Shown here piece by piece: positions 41,011-64,000 of a DNA stretch of 64,000 bases (position 1 is its first letter; the number at the start of each line of letters is the position of its first letter). The translations under genes and the position numbers were made by a program. This DNA comes from the human T2T-CHM13v2.0 reference genome, Homo sapiens. The notes under the pieces are model-generated. The model did not search any database. It worked only from the letters and a program-made list of their open reading frames with translations, and had not been told where the DNA came from. The stretch is from assembly GCF_009914755.1 (NCBI RefSeq), contig NC_060929.1; one strand, given 5' to 3'.

Positions 41011-41872
41011 CTACCTGACCTGTTTTTACAGATGTGCCTGGATTACACAGTTTCACAGGCAGAATTTAAAGAAAATCAACGCTTTCCTTTTCAAAAAGGA
41101 GACAAAACAGTTTGCAGCAACACTTAACAAAATCCTCTTCCTTCTCCTATGTTCTGTCCTCACACACTTGGATTCCAGGGCCTCTAGCAACAACGGTTAC
41201 CAGTACTCCAGGCCCCACACAAAAAGCCACAAAAGCAGTCACCTTCCTCCGTTACTTTATTTGATAGATGACCCCAGGCTCCCTGTGGCAAAGAAGAATC
41301 CTTTCTTTTTCTTTCTTTTTTTTTTTTTCCAGAGACGGTCTTGCTCTGTTGCCCAGGCTGGAGCACAGTAGCATGATCATGCCTTATTGCAACCTTGACC
41401 TCCCACGTTCAAGCGATCCTTCCGCCTCTCCCTCCTGAGTGGCTGGGACCACAGGCATATGCCACGCCTGGCTAATTGTTTTTGTATTTTTGGTAGAGAC
41501 AGGGTTTTGCCATGTTGCCCAGGATAAGAATGTTTCTTTAGAAATCTGGAAATTGCCTTTAGGTTCCCTTAGGAGTAGGAGAGAAGGCCATGAAGTTTCG
41601 CACGTGGTCACTCCTAGAAAATTGCCCTGGGATAGTTTGCTGAGGAGGCAAATTTTGGTCAATACTAGTTTCTCCTCTCCAAAGTCCATCAAAGGCATTG
41701 TTCAAAAGAAATGGCCGTACCACTATTTGTAATTGATTCTCTACAGCTTCAAAAATAGTTATCTCTGGTTGGGGGAAGGGCACGTGAACTTTTAAGACTT
41801 CGGGCCTTCTCATCACAAAAATGATCCATACTCACAAAAACTTAGAGGCAGAGGGTATGTTAACCTAGATTA

Positions 41873-42262
<390 letters not shown>

Positions 42263-42444
42263 CTACAGGAATCCGCTGTACTTCTGACGGCCCATAGGTG
42301 GCACTGTAGGGACAGGTAAGTGCACAGGGAGCGCCACCCGGAGAGGCTGATAGGAGGCGGAGCTTCAATGCGACACAACGTGGCGGGAGGAGCCTAAGGG
42401 ACGAGGAAAGGCGAGTGTTCTGCTTGCGCAGACGCAAGGCTGGG

Positions 42445-42460
42445 CACTCCCCCGGGAGTG
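42445..42460. promoter_or_regulatory. Palindromic zinc transcriptional regulatory element (ZTRE) CACTCCC-CC-GGGAGTG
   Basis: Perfect 7-bp-arm palindrome seen directly; matches my recollection of the ZTRE described in the SLC30A5 promoter. Confidence 0.8.
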
Positions 42461-42477
42461 AGGGTTGCTGGGCCTGA

Positions 42478-42485
42478 TGACGTGG
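42478..42485 (+). promoter_or_regulatory. UPR element TGACGTGG (XBP1/ATF6-type site)
   Basis: Exact TGACGTGG motif in the proximal promoter; ZnT5 is recalled as ER-stress inducible through such a motif. Confidence 0.75.
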
Positions 42486-42637
42486 CTTGGCAACGTCCCT
42501 ACCGCCGCTGCTTCCCGGGAACCTGGCGCCGCCGGAACTGATCGCGGCCTAGTCCCGACGCGTGTGTGCTAGTGAGCCGGAGCCGGCGACGGCGGCAGTG
42601 GCGGCCCGGCCTGCAGGAGCCCGACGGGGTCTCTGCC

Positions 42638-42649
42638 ATGGGGGAGTGA
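42638..42649 (+). other. uORF1 (Met-Gly-Glu-stop) in SLC30A5 5' UTR
   Basis: GCC-ATG-GGG-GAG-TGA, strong Kozak context; assumes the TSS lies upstream of 42638. Confidence 0.7.
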
Positions 42650-42820
<171 letters not shown>

Positions 42821-43663
42821 TAAGGGACCGATCCGGAAGGCAGCGACCGGCCGGGTCGCTCAGGATGCACTTTCTCCGGCCTCCCTCCGGTCTCCGCTGA
42901 CAGCCCGGGACGTCCCGGGGTCGGCGCGCCCTCTCCCTCTGCCTGCCTCCCTGCGCGCAGGCTGCCTCCGGGCTCCCCGGGCTCTTCGGGTGCCTGCTGC
43001 AGAAGGAAGGCGCTAAAGCCAAAAAGCTTCTGCTTGAATTTCTGGGTTACAAGGCAGACAGTCAGTCTTAGAACTGCCCGCCAGTTCACGTGAGAGGTTT
43101 TTCTGATCTGTGAGAAGCCTTTCTCTTGGCTGTTTCTCCCTGAAATAGTCTGGCGACTACTTAACCTTTCTGACGTTTCCCTGCATAAATTAGGGGAAGG
43201 TGTCACCATCAGCTCTCTTCAGGCGACGAAACCAAAGTACATACGTGAACTTGGATGTTCAGGGGAACTTGGATGTTCAGATTAACTGAGCACATCGAGG
43301 GTCCAGCCCCGTTTTCTTTTTTTATTTTGTTCTTAAATAAGAAATGTGTCCTCGTTGTCAAAAAAAAATCTAAACAGCAAAGCAATTCATAGAGTAAAAA
43401 GTGAAAATTCCCACTTCCTCTCTTCAATTCTCCCACCAACCCGAAAAGTAAGGGACCAACAGGTGCAGCGACCACTTTCTAGTGTATCCTTCCTAAGTTC
43501 TGAGATAGTGTCGAAAATGCACAAAATACAGCCCTGCAATTTGGCTGGAACTGGTGTTCTTTGCCTCCATTTTTAACGAGTTCTTCCCATTCTGGAATAA
43601 ATACTTCTTTGATATTTAAAGAAAGTGATAAATGTGATAAATTCTTTAGAACTGTAGTAATAG

Positions 43664-43905
<242 letters not shown>

Positions 43906-44204
43906 TGAGCTCCCGACCTCGTGATCGGCCTGCCTCGGTCTTCCAAAGTGCCGGGATTACAGGCATGAGCCACCGCGCCCGCCCAACATAAGCATTTGTT
44001 ATGAAAAGGGAAGAACACCACATAGGACAGAACTTAAACCAACTGCATTTTTGTAGCATAAATTTAATTTTCTAATCTATTTTGAGCATCTCATTTTGTA
44101 AATAACAGCATATCAGATGTTAATTCTTGAGACATGACAACTAAATGCAATAGGCAATTCTGGTCTGATTTGGTAGTAGGGGAAAAGTGCTTTAAAGGAT
44201 GTTA

Positions 44205-47948
<3,744 letters not shown>

Positions 47949-48386
47949 CCTCGCCAGAGGCTAAGACTCGTGACTCCTATAGTGGTTGAGGAGAGATAGT
48001 TGCCTGCCTGCTGGGTGGGAACCTGGGGATCTGATTACTTGGAAGACTTCCTAGAGATCCTCGTCTTTTCAGCTTCTCATTCCCCTCCTGAGGTGTTTCC
48101 AATTCCTGAGCCTTTTTAGGACTCTAGGTCCAGTCAATTGACCTTTCAACCACAACTCTCACTGTAGTCACTTAACAAGGCCAAGGAGGCGCAAACCAAA
48201 GGCATTTACCATTCTTCCGTTTCTTCCTATATTGTGGTCTTTTCATTTCATAACAGAATTTAGTTTTTATTTTGTTCTCCTTATTTGTTTGGAGGAGTTA
48301 TTAAGTTAGAAAGCAGATAACAAAATAGTCCAGCAACTCGATCAACAAAATTTTCATTTTTCATTGGGCATCTTTTGTTAAAGTAA

Positions 48387-48632
<246 letters not shown>

Positions 48633-48964
48633 TAGTAGAGGTGAGTTTTCGCCATGTTGGCCAGGCTGGTCTTGAGTTCCAGACTTCAGGTGATCCACCC
48701 ACTTCAGCCTCCCAAAGTGCTGGGATTACAGGCATGAGCGCCCAGCCTGTTTGTATTTTGAGACAGGGTCTCACTCTGTCGCCCAGGCTGGAGTGCAGTG
48801 ACACGAACACAGCTCACTGCAACCTCAACCTCCCACCTTAGCCTCCCGAGTGGCTGAGACTGCTACCACGCGCCATAATGCCTGGCTAATTCTTTGTATT
48901 TTTTGTAGAGATAGGCTTTTGCCACGTTGCGGAGGCTGGTCTCAAGCTACTGCACCTGGCCTCA

Positions 48965-49096
<132 letters not shown>

Positions 49097-49264
49097 TTAA
49101 AAAAAAAAAAAAAAAAGTCAACAGTAGTTATCACGTGGATGGTGAGTTGTTTGGGGACTCTGTTTTGTTTCATTTTGTGTTTATGTATATTTCTGTGGTT
49201 TCTGTAATGACCTCTTGTTTAAAAAACCAGATTGATAAGCTGCTTGTAATTTCAGTGATACTAA

Positions 49265-49414
<150 letters not shown>

Positions 49415-50128
49415 TGAGTGTGGGGGGGGGTTTTTTCTTGATATTTTTTATTTCTTTGAAAATCCTGTTTTAACAGAGTATCTTTAAGAAACTTTACATA
49501 CAATATTTTGTTTGTTCCTCCTGACAAGTATTTGATAAACTTTTTTAACTGGGAGTATACTTAAGATTAGAGGTACAAAGAGACTGAAAAGAAAACGGAT
49601 TGTTATGCTCTAATCACTTGCCTAAACACAAACTTTGATGAGATTTTTGCAAATTTAGTTTTTGGGCTATTTATTATTATTATTATTCACTGCATAATCC
49701 TTTCTTAGTACAGAGTCCTCATGTAGTGTGAACATTAATTTATTCTACTTATACGAAATGCTTTTTTTTTTTCTTTTTTGAGACACAGTCTCACTCTGTC
49801 ACCAGGCTGGAGTGCAGTGGCGTGATCTTGGCTCACTGCAAGATCACTGCCTCCTATGTTCAAGCGATTCTCCTGCCTCAGCCTCCCGAGTAGCTGGGAC
49901 TACAGGCGCTCACCACCATGCCCAGCTAATTTTTGTATTTTTAATAGAGACAGGGTTTCACCATGTTGGCCAGGATGGTCTCAATCTCTTGACCTTGTGA
50001 TCTGCCCGCCTCAGCCTCCCAAAGTGCTGGGATTACAGGCATGAGCCACCACGCCTGGCCTACATATAAGAAATTCTAAATAAAGATTTCTTGGACCTTG
50101 AGATTGATAGTGACCACCCTCTGTGTTA

Positions 50129-50505
<377 letters not shown>

Positions 50506-50662
50506 CTAGGAAATATTAAGCACCAGTGACGTGCTTTTTTTTTTTTTTTTTTTTTTTTGAGACAGTCTGGCTAGGTTGCGCAGGCTGGAGTGCAGTGGCT
50601 CAATCTCAACTCACTGCAGCCTCTGCCTCCAGGGTTCAAGCAATTCTGTCTCAGCCTCCTGA

Positions 50663-50875
<213 letters not shown>

Positions 50876-51183
50876 TGAAAGGTAGGGATATATAATTAGT
50901 AATTTCTTCATTTTCATTATACTATTTCAAGATTTATTACTGAATTTTAGAGAAAATAGGAATTCTCTTCTTTGATATTTTAAGATATAAAAAAAATTGT
51001 GACTCCTTTATTTTTGTGGCTTGTTAGCTGGTTCTGAAGACAGTTAGAAAATAAGAGTTCTCGGCCAGGTGTGATAGCTCATGCCTGTTTTCCCAGCAGT
51101 TTGGGAGGCCGAGGCAGGCGGATCACCTGAAGTCAGGAGTTCGAGACCAGCCTGGCCAACATGTTGAAACACCATCTCTACTA

Positions 51184-51428
<245 letters not shown>

Positions 51429-51529
51429 TCAGAGGATAACACTTCAAGTTCTGGCATATTTGTTTAAAATAAGTGTCTTTACTTAAAACTGTATCTTGTG
51501 TTTAATATGGATTAATATTAATATATTAA

Positions 51530-51778
<249 letters not shown>

Positions 51779-52446
51779 TAAAGTACTAAGATCATGGAAT
51801 GTTTTTAAAAAAAACAAGAGGGTAAAAAAAATTATAAAGCATTCATGTAATTGTTTTCTTCAGTACACACTTCTTATTCTGAAAGATTTACAAATTGGAC
51901 ATGAAAGCATGCCCAAGAGCCTAGTACAAATGTCACTGGAAAGCTGACAAAGCATAGGGGTTAAGAGTGTGATTTCTGGAGTCAGACAAAGTCATGTTCT
52001 GTCTGTCCTCCTTACTGACCCTTACTTTGGGCAAGTTACTTGATTTCTCTCTACCTTAATTTGCTCACTGTAAAATGGAGATAACAGTAACTTCCTAACA
52101 GAACTGTGAGGAAAAATGAATTAATACTTATGAAGTTCTTAGAATGATGCCTCATCATCATTGTGACAATGTGACACCCTCATGATCATTGTCACTGTTC
52201 TCTTTAGGCAGCTGTGATTCAAACTAGAAATGTCCTACATTTTGCATAATCATCTCACATCATCACTTCTTTGGGCAGCAGTTATACCATAGTACATGTT
52301 TGCTTTATGCCATGACTTACAAACCTGCGTCATAATTTTTTTATTAGAAAGACGAATTTAAGTACTTCTGTTTCAGAGACCAAGAACATTTTTTAAAATA
52401 TGATTAATAGTCTAAACCCCATTTTAACTTTTTTCTCTCCTTTCAG

Positions 52447-52530
52447 ATAATTGGATCACTAAAAATTCCTGGTAGAAAAGAATTTAAAGACAAAAAGTTA
52501 AATGATCCTAGGAAACTAGTGGGAAACTGA
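52447..52530 (+). CDS. SLC30A5: SLC30A5 alternative terminal coding exon (short ~118-aa isoform)
   Basis: Long polypyrimidine tract ending tttcag|; in frame with exon 3 it reads IIGSLKIPGRKEFKDKKLNDPRKLVGN*; 91+27=118 aa, matching my recollection of the short ZnT5 isoform. Confidence 0.8.
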   Translation: MIGSLKIPGRKEFKDKKLNDPRKLVGN

Positions 52531-52593
52531 GAAATCATAAAATTGTACTCTGAAGAAAAAGATTTCAAAATCTACCAGCAGACAAGAATATAG

Positions 52594-52746
<153 letters not shown>

Positions 52747-53115
52747 TGAGTAGCTGGAATTACAGGCACCCACCACCACACCCAGCTCATTTTTGTATTT
52801 TTAGTAGAGACGGGGCTTCATTCACCACATTGGCCAGCCTGGTCTTGAACTCCTGACCTCAGGTGATCTGCCTGCCTCGGCCTCACAAAGTGCTAGGATT
52901 ACAGGCATGAGCCACAGCACCCGGCCCAGAATAAGAATACTGTCTTGGAAATCTAGACTTAGTCAAGGGATCTTATGTTTTCTATTTACAAAATATGTAA
53001 TGATTTCACCTTTAAAATATTTGTTATTATTATCTTTCTGTATTTTATTTAAAATTTGGATATATAGCAAAATATATGTGACTGAAATTTTTAATTTTTT
53101 TGTTTCCATTTATAG

Positions 53116-53201
53116 TGGATCAAAATATTTAAACATGCAGTTGCTGGGTGTATTATTTCACTCTTGTGGTTTTTTGGCCTCACTCTTTGTGGACCACTAA
53201 G
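53116..53201 (+). CDS. SLC30A5: SLC30A5 coding exon 4
   Basis: ttatag| acceptor; WIKIFKHAVAGCIISLLWFFGLTLCGPL(R); donor AG|GTAAAT; 86 nt. Confidence 0.96.
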
Positions 53202-54163
53202 GTAAATAAAAATGCATATTTTGAATGTGTGTTTGTATTTATTCATTTTGAATATTTTTGTTCCACTGTGTTTTACGTCAAATATTTATCTGTACAAATG
53301 TGTCTAGCACTTTTATAGCATCAGAGAGAATTCAACAGATAGAACAAACCTGTTTAGTTTCTGGACTAGTTCTTTAGTGAATACCATTAATATATTTATT
53401 CATGATTTGTCATAGATATTTTACTAGTTAGAATTCCAAGTTTCAGAAAATTTTTAGCATAAACGGCTTTTTAATCATTTATTCATGATCCCTGTTAACA
53501 GCTTAGAAGCTATAATAAAAGGTCTGAAGTGGTAAATAAAATTAGCCAATAAGAAGGAGAACAAAAATCTCTAAAAGCACTCATTTTTTGCACAATTTTG
53601 CAAATACTCTCATAAATAATTGTCTCAGAAGTAGTATATCAATTATCAGATTAAATGCGTGGTGGATAAAGTAAACTACTCCCATTTCATATTTCCCTAG
53701 ATCTATATAGATTAGTCTTTTTCTGCAAGTGGACTGGTTTAAGGAGGAAATGCTTAGGGACCATTGATAGGAATTGTATCATGCAGCTGTGTATGAGCAT
53801 TCTTTTAACATTTCCCCATCTGTAAAGGATTTTACTTAGTGAATAAGTGTAAGAAAAAATGCCTTGCCGTGAGAATGAGAGGTAAGGAGTGAAATGAAGA
53901 ATGTTCTTGGCCAGCACTGTGGCTCACGCCTGTAATGCTAGCACTTTGGGAGGCCAAGGGGTGGATCATTTGAAGTTACGAGTTGGAGACCACCCTAGCC
54001 AACATAGCAAAACCCCGCCTTTATTAAAAAATATACAAAAATTAGCCAGAAATCACTTGAACTCAGGAGGCGAAGGTTGCAGTGAGCCGAGATCACGCCA
54101 CTGCACTGCAGGCTGGGCAACAGAGCGAGACTCCGTCTCAAAAAAAAAAAGAATGTTCTAAAG

Positions 54164-54504
54164 CAGAGAGATCCCCCACCCCCTGGCTATAGACCAGTAT
54201 GGGTTCATAACTCATTAGGAACCAGGCCACAGAGCAGGAGGTGAGCCACGGGGGAGCAAGCATTACTGCGTGAGCTCTACCTCCTGTCAGATCAGCAATG
54301 GCATTAGATTCTCATGGGAGCAGGAACCCTGTTGTGAACTGTGCATGGGAGGGATATCTAGGTTGCATGCTCCTTATGAGAATCTAATGTCTGATGATCT
54401 GAGGTGGAACAGTTATGTCCTAAAACATCCCCCCACCACTGCTGTCTGGAAAAATTGTCTTCCAGGAAACCAGACCCTGGTGCCAAAAAGGTTGGGGACC
54501 ACTG
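54164..54504. mobile_element. MER1 (hAT-Charlie) DNA transposon, opposite orientation to the 8.8-kb copy
   Basis: MER1 body ending GGTTGGGGACCACTG; perfect 8-bp TSD TTCTAAAG at 54156-54163 and 54505-54512. Confidence 0.88.
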
Positions 54505-55219
54505 TTCTAAAGGATCTCACTCAGAATAGTGGGGTAGACAGAGTGGAAAGTGAAGGGTGAGAAATGTGGAAATGCTTTGTGAAAAGTCCTTTCCCCTCTC
54601 ATGGCCAATAGAATAGCTTCTGGATTGGGATCCCTTTGACTTGTTTGTCATGTACTTTGTCAGATGCAGAGTAGGTATAATTGGAAATGTCATATCTCTA
54701 GCCACAGTAGCAGCTGCAGCTTGGAGGGCTGAGAAAGCTAGCTGAATTTCCTAGCTTGGGAAGAGGTTTTTCACCGTATGCTTGAATATGATTGAGTGCT
54801 GCTATTGCTTATCATCTGTAATATTTTAAATTTGTTATTCATGAAATTATGTTTTGGTTCCTGTGTTACTATATCACTGTCCTTTTGTGTTACAATAAGG
54901 AGGGAAAGAGGAAGTACTTAAATCTTTACTTGGTTCCCTATTTAGTCATCTAGCTCCTGACCTTATCACTACCAACACTGCCCTCTCATTCTTCTACTAA
55001 AACCATTATGCAGTTTCTCAATTGCAAAAATTTTAATCCCAGCACTTTGGGAAGCCGAGGTGGGCAGATAGCTTGAGCCCAGAAGTTCGAGACCAGCCTG
55101 GACAACATGGCAAAATCCCATCTCTACAAAAAATTAGCCAGGCATGGTGCTGCGAGCCTGTAATCCCAGCTACCTAGAAGGCTGAGGTGGAAGAGATCAC
55201 CTGACCTCAGGAGGTAGAA

Positions 55220-56449
<1,230 letters not shown>

Positions 56450-56807
56450 TGATCCCCCTGCCTTGGGCTCCCAAAGTGCTGGATTATAGGTGTGAGCCAC
56501 CATACCCAGCCACATTGCCTGTATTTTTTTGGATTACTGCAAACAGTGCTGGTATGAGCAACCTGGTAAGTGTTACCTGATACATACCTATACAAGAATA
56601 AGAAATCTGTATGACATAATTCTATGAGTGGTATGATTAGGTATTTGTAGCTTCAATCTTTCTAAGGTAGATAATGCCAAACCATTTTCTAAAGCAGTTG
56701 TACCTATTTATTTTTCTTATGTTTTGTGAAATCAAGGGGAAATGTTTTTCTTTCTCTAACTCTAGTTGAATTCATGCGTCTTGATAAAGATAAATTACAT
56801 TTCATAA

Positions 56808-56984
<177 letters not shown>

Positions 56985-57113
56985 TAAAATCTTATCTTTC
57001 ACCATTTAAAAGAATGCAGGAGGCTGAGCGCGATGGCTCACGCCTGTAATCCCAACACTGTGGGAGGCTGAGGTGGGCGGATTACATGAGGTCAGGAGCT
57101 TGAGACCAGCCTA

Positions 57114-57359
<246 letters not shown>

Positions 57360-57596
57360 TTACAATTTTTTTGTTTTTGAAGAATTCTATAAGTTTACAA
57401 AAATAGATATTTGTGAAAATATAATCCGTAGTTGGAGAAATTTCTTAACATGGAAACAGTGGAAAATGATTTTGAAATGATTATAGATTCCTAGGAAGTT
57501 GCTAAAATAGTACATAGAGGACCCTCACCCTTCATTTAGTTTCCCCCAAAGGTAACTTCTTAACCAACTCAAGTACACTATCAAAACCAGTCAATT

Positions 57597-57849
57597 AGAC
57601 CTAGTATTTCATATCACAATAGGGTGACTATAATCAACAATAATTTAATCATACATTTAAAATAACTAAAAGAGTATAATTGAATTATTTGTAACACAAA
57701 GGCTAAATGCTCGAGGGGATGGATACCCCAATTTACCTGATGTGATTATATACATTGCATGCCTATATCAAAACATCTCGTATACCCCATAAATACATAT
57801 ACCTACTATGTGCCCACAAAAATTAAAATCAAAAATTAAAAAAAAAAAC
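57597..57849 (+). mobile_element. 5'-truncated L1MA 3' end with A tail
   Basis: AATAGGGTGACTATA..GGGGATGGATACCCC..ACCTACTATGTGCCCACAAAAATT plus A tail. Confidence 0.8.
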
Positions 57850-58285
57850 AGGAAATTGACATTGGTGCAATCCATAGACCTTACTCAGATTTTACCAATT
57901 TTACATACGATCGTGTGTGTGTGTATGTATGTATGTATGCATGTAGGTCTATGAAATTTTGTCATGTGTAGATTTGTGTAACCATCATTACAAGCAAGAT
58001 ATAGAACTGATGCATCACCACAATGATCTCTTTCATGTTGTACTCATGCACCTTTCCCCCAAACCCCCTACTCATTCTTAACCCTGTAAATCATTTTTGA
58101 AAAATAACTAAAAACTTGTTAAATTTAAATTATGATGAACATTTATCCAACATTTTGCCACCTAAGCACTCCTATTCATCCTAAGTGATTCAAGTATTAT
58201 CCTTTTGTTAAATGAGTTACCAATCTACAATTCCAAACTGTTAGAACTATATAGTGTTTCTGTTTTACCAAATTAAACACTTCCT

Positions 58286-58765
58286 TGCTGGGTCCTACTT
58301 GCAGACCCTGGCTGAACAACAAATGCACTCAGACACAGGTATTTAGTGAAGGAGTGGGCTAGGGAACCAGGCCGCTTACAGACCCTAAGGAGGGTGCTGT
58401 AAAGAGTCAGCAGCTGCGGCCCTGACAAGCTGGCACTGCGGGCATTTATTCAGTATAGATTTAATGACAAAGGCCTTGAATCAACACGCTTTGTGGGTAA
58501 ATAACATTGCTGACCCCCTACATAGAGAGCAGTCTTGAGCGCAAATGATCAAAGGTCGGTTTTAGGACAACATGAGTAAACGAGCTATTTAGATAAACTC
58601 CTCTACATTCCCTTGTATCTACGCCTTAAGCTTTTAGGCTTCTGATAAGAGAATCTGGCTGCCTTCAGCCAAAATATCCTTCAAAACTTGCAAAACCCCC
58701 AGCCTTCCAAGAAGGTTTGCTTCTATTCCTATAATTTCTCCCACCACTGTGACTGATCTCCCACA
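58286..58765 (-). mobile_element. LTR22 (HML-5) solo LTR in SLC30A5 intron 5
   Basis: Reverse complement TGTGGGAGATCAGTCACAGTGGTGGGAGAAATTATAGG; 6-bp TSD CTTCCT at 58280-58285 and 58766-58771. Confidence 0.8.
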
Positions 58766-59434
58766 CTTCCTGTGCATGGTGCATTTTCCTAGACATAAAG
58801 GAAAGGATAGATAAAGACAAATAAGGTATAATAGTCCCTATTCTGAAAGGGACTTTCAAGCAAAGTAATGAAGGGAGATGAATGAAGTAATGAAGTGAAC
58901 AAAGTAACATGCCAAGTAGAGCAGAGTAAAAGAATACTCTGCCTGTAGATTTCAAACTGGGTCATTAGTATTAAAGCATGGGCCACTATTTAATCCTTCC
59001 CCCTCACTAATAGAGTACTCCAAAATAAATTTCAAGTGGATTGAAGAGCTTTGTGAGTTTACAAAATAGACATTTGTAAAAACATAGAATAAAATACGTA
59101 GATGGAGAAAATTCTGAGCATAAAAGCAGTGGAAAAAATCACAAAGGGAAAACTCACTATATTTGGCTTCATAATGATTATAAACTTAACGTATAACAGA
59201 AATCAGTGTGTATACAAAAAACTAACAACAAAAATTGCCAGAAATAAGTTTTACATTCCTTTCAAAGTATAAATCACCCATTTCAGTTTAAAAAATGCTT
59301 AAGATCCTTGGCAGGAAATCAGCAAAAAACTGGGAATGACAACTCACAAAAGAAATAAAAATGACTTGAAAACATTTAAAAAAAAAGTTTTCCTCCTTAA
59401 GTAACTAGAAGTGAGAGTGTTCTCATTAGTGTGA

Positions 59435-59951
<517 letters not shown>

Positions 59952-60668
59952 TAATTTTTGTACTTTTAGTAGAGACAGGGTTTCACCATATTGGTCAGGC
60001 TGGTCTTGAACTCCTGACCTCATGATCCACCCGCCTCGGCCTCCCAAAGTGCTGGGATTACAGGCGTGAGCCACCACGCCCGGCCTTTTTTTCTTAATTA
60101 TGAGACTGAAGCATTACAAAATTCTCAGTTGCCTTCTTTGTTAACAAAAAGATTAAGTTATGTTCTCTGTATTTGATTGTTGTTGATGTTGCCATATCCT
60201 AACTCAGTGAAAACTTAAGAAATTTAAAAGTACATGGTTTTTCTCATGTGTAGTGTACTGAATTTTGTTGTAATACCACACTAACAGAATTTATCCATTA
60301 TAGTGGTAATCATAGAATGAAGAGTATCCTCACTTTGCATTGTAAACTTTAATAGAAGTATTGTATTATACTTCCATTATAGGTATATATAATACACTTA
60401 ATGTATCTATATATAATAGGTATTCTACAAGTATATGTATCATACAAGACATGTTATACCTGTAAATTTGTAAATATAGAATGTATAGTAATGCTGTTTA
60501 GCCAGGCACAGTGGCTCATGCCTGTAATCCTAGGACTTTGGGAGACCGAGGCGGGTGGATCACGAGGTCAAGAGATCAAGACCACCCTGACGAACATGGT
60601 GAAACCCGTCTGTACTAAAAATGCAAAAATTAGCCAAGCATGGTGATGTGCACCTGTAATCCCAGCTA

Positions 60669-60839
<171 letters not shown>

Positions 60840-61600
60840 TTACATAAACTGAGCTAATATGTCCTTTCTATAATTTTCTTTTATGAAAACCTTTTTCCTC
60901 AGCCTGAACAACATGGCTAGACCTGGTCTCTACAAATAAAAAATTAACCAGGCATGGTGGCACATGCCTGTGGTCCCAGCTATTTGGTAGGCTGAGGCAA
61001 GAGGATCACTTGAGCCCAGGAATTGGAGGCTGCAGTGAGCTGTGTTCACGCCACTGTACTCCAGCCTGGGCGACAGCGAGATCTGTCTGAAAAAAAAAAA
61101 AAAATTTTCCCTGGAATGAGAACATAAATTTTATCAGCTTTTTAAGTACTTTGTACTTTACTAGATCTTAGAAATGACTTTGCTGGTTTTACCGTGCCCT
61201 CTGGATTATTTTTCTCTAGAGGAGTAGTATCTAGAATATTCTCTATTCCTTGCATATTGTAGAGTAAAATAAGTTCCTACTAGTTATTCTTTAGCTACGT
61301 GGGCTTTTCAACCAGAAGTAAAGTAGCATTTAGGAAGGCTGATTCTGTAAACAGTACCAATTTGTACATAGTAATATGCCCAGCCATGTTAGCAAAGAGA
61401 TAATCAATGTTATCATTAGTTTATATCTCTTTGATATCTTACTGCCAATACTGTAAGCTTATAATATGTAAGAGCTTTAATGTCAGATTTTTTTCTGTTT
61501 TTTAATGCATTTTTGTAAATGCTTACTTGAGAAAATGTTTTTCTTTAGTATTTATGTAGTTACGGTCTTAAAAATCAACCCTTGAAAAAGTCATCCTTGA

Positions 61601-62984
<1,384 letters not shown>

Positions 62985-63189
62985 TGATTTCTTTGTTCCT
63001 AACAGGATCAAAAGATTCTGAAAAGTTGTAGCAACTATAACTATAAAGGTACATTTAAAATAAATTATCAGCTGGGCCCAGTGGCTCACGCCTGAAATCC
63101 CAGCACTTTGGGGGCCAAGGCAGGTGGATCACCTGAGGTCGGGAGTTCAAGACCAGCCTGACTGACATAGAAAAACCCCATCTCTACTA

Positions 63190-63371
<182 letters not shown>

Positions 63372-63704
63372 TTATCAGTAAGTTATAACATTGCCGGCCA
63401 TTTAAGTAGTTACGTAATTGAGTATATGGGAAAAATATACTAGTTCCATTTCCTTAAATATTATGTTAGCATGGTGTGGTGGTGTGTGCCAGTAGTCCCA
63501 GCTACTTGGGAGGCTGAGACAGGAGGATCTCTTTGATCACAGGAGTTTGAGGCTGCAGTGAGCTGTGATCATGCCACTATACTTCAGCCTGGGTGGCAGA
63601 GCAAGACCCTGTCTCTGGGGAAAAAAAAAAAAAAAAAAAAAAAAAGATCATGTATTTAACGACTGACTGTTGAACTGTGTGTGTTTCTAATGAGACTTAT
63701 CTAA

Positions 63705-63893
<189 letters not shown>

Positions 63894-64000
63894 TAAGAGC
63901 AAGAATTTATTGGTATTAAATTGCTAGTAAAATGAATTGCTATTAAATTTTTAGTTCACTGTATTCAATAAATTATATTTTAATTTGAGGTTGAAAGTGG

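Noticed and set aside
43248-43281. Short tandem duplication GAACTTGGATGTTCAG x2
   Set aside because: Ordinary slippage duplication with no functional clue

Overview
Human (or great-ape) genomic DNA, not prokaryotic. The 3' third holds the CpG-island promoter and first 8 coding exons (261 codons, + strand) of SLC30A5/ZnT5, the Golgi/secretory zinc transporter. It also holds an alternative terminal exon giving a 118-aa isoform, a U12-type intron and two uORFs. The upstream ~42 kb is repeat-dense. It contains a long L1MA-type element with nested Alus, a MER1 and an SVA carrying an apparent short 3' transduction. It also contains a SUMO2 processed pseudogene with an extended 3' end, a decayed LRRC3C-like gene copy, many solo LTRs, and a 5'-deleted HERV-E env plus LTR2 fused to an LTR8-type LTR. 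Structural oddities include a ~450-bp inverted repeat in SLC30A5 intron 1, a perfect 71-bp tandem duplication in an old Alu and two template-switch hairpin scars. Most ORFs in the supplied track are Alu/SVA/L1 artefacts. Gene and repeat family names come from recalled sequences, not database searches, and I see no evidence of a wholly new multi-gene system.
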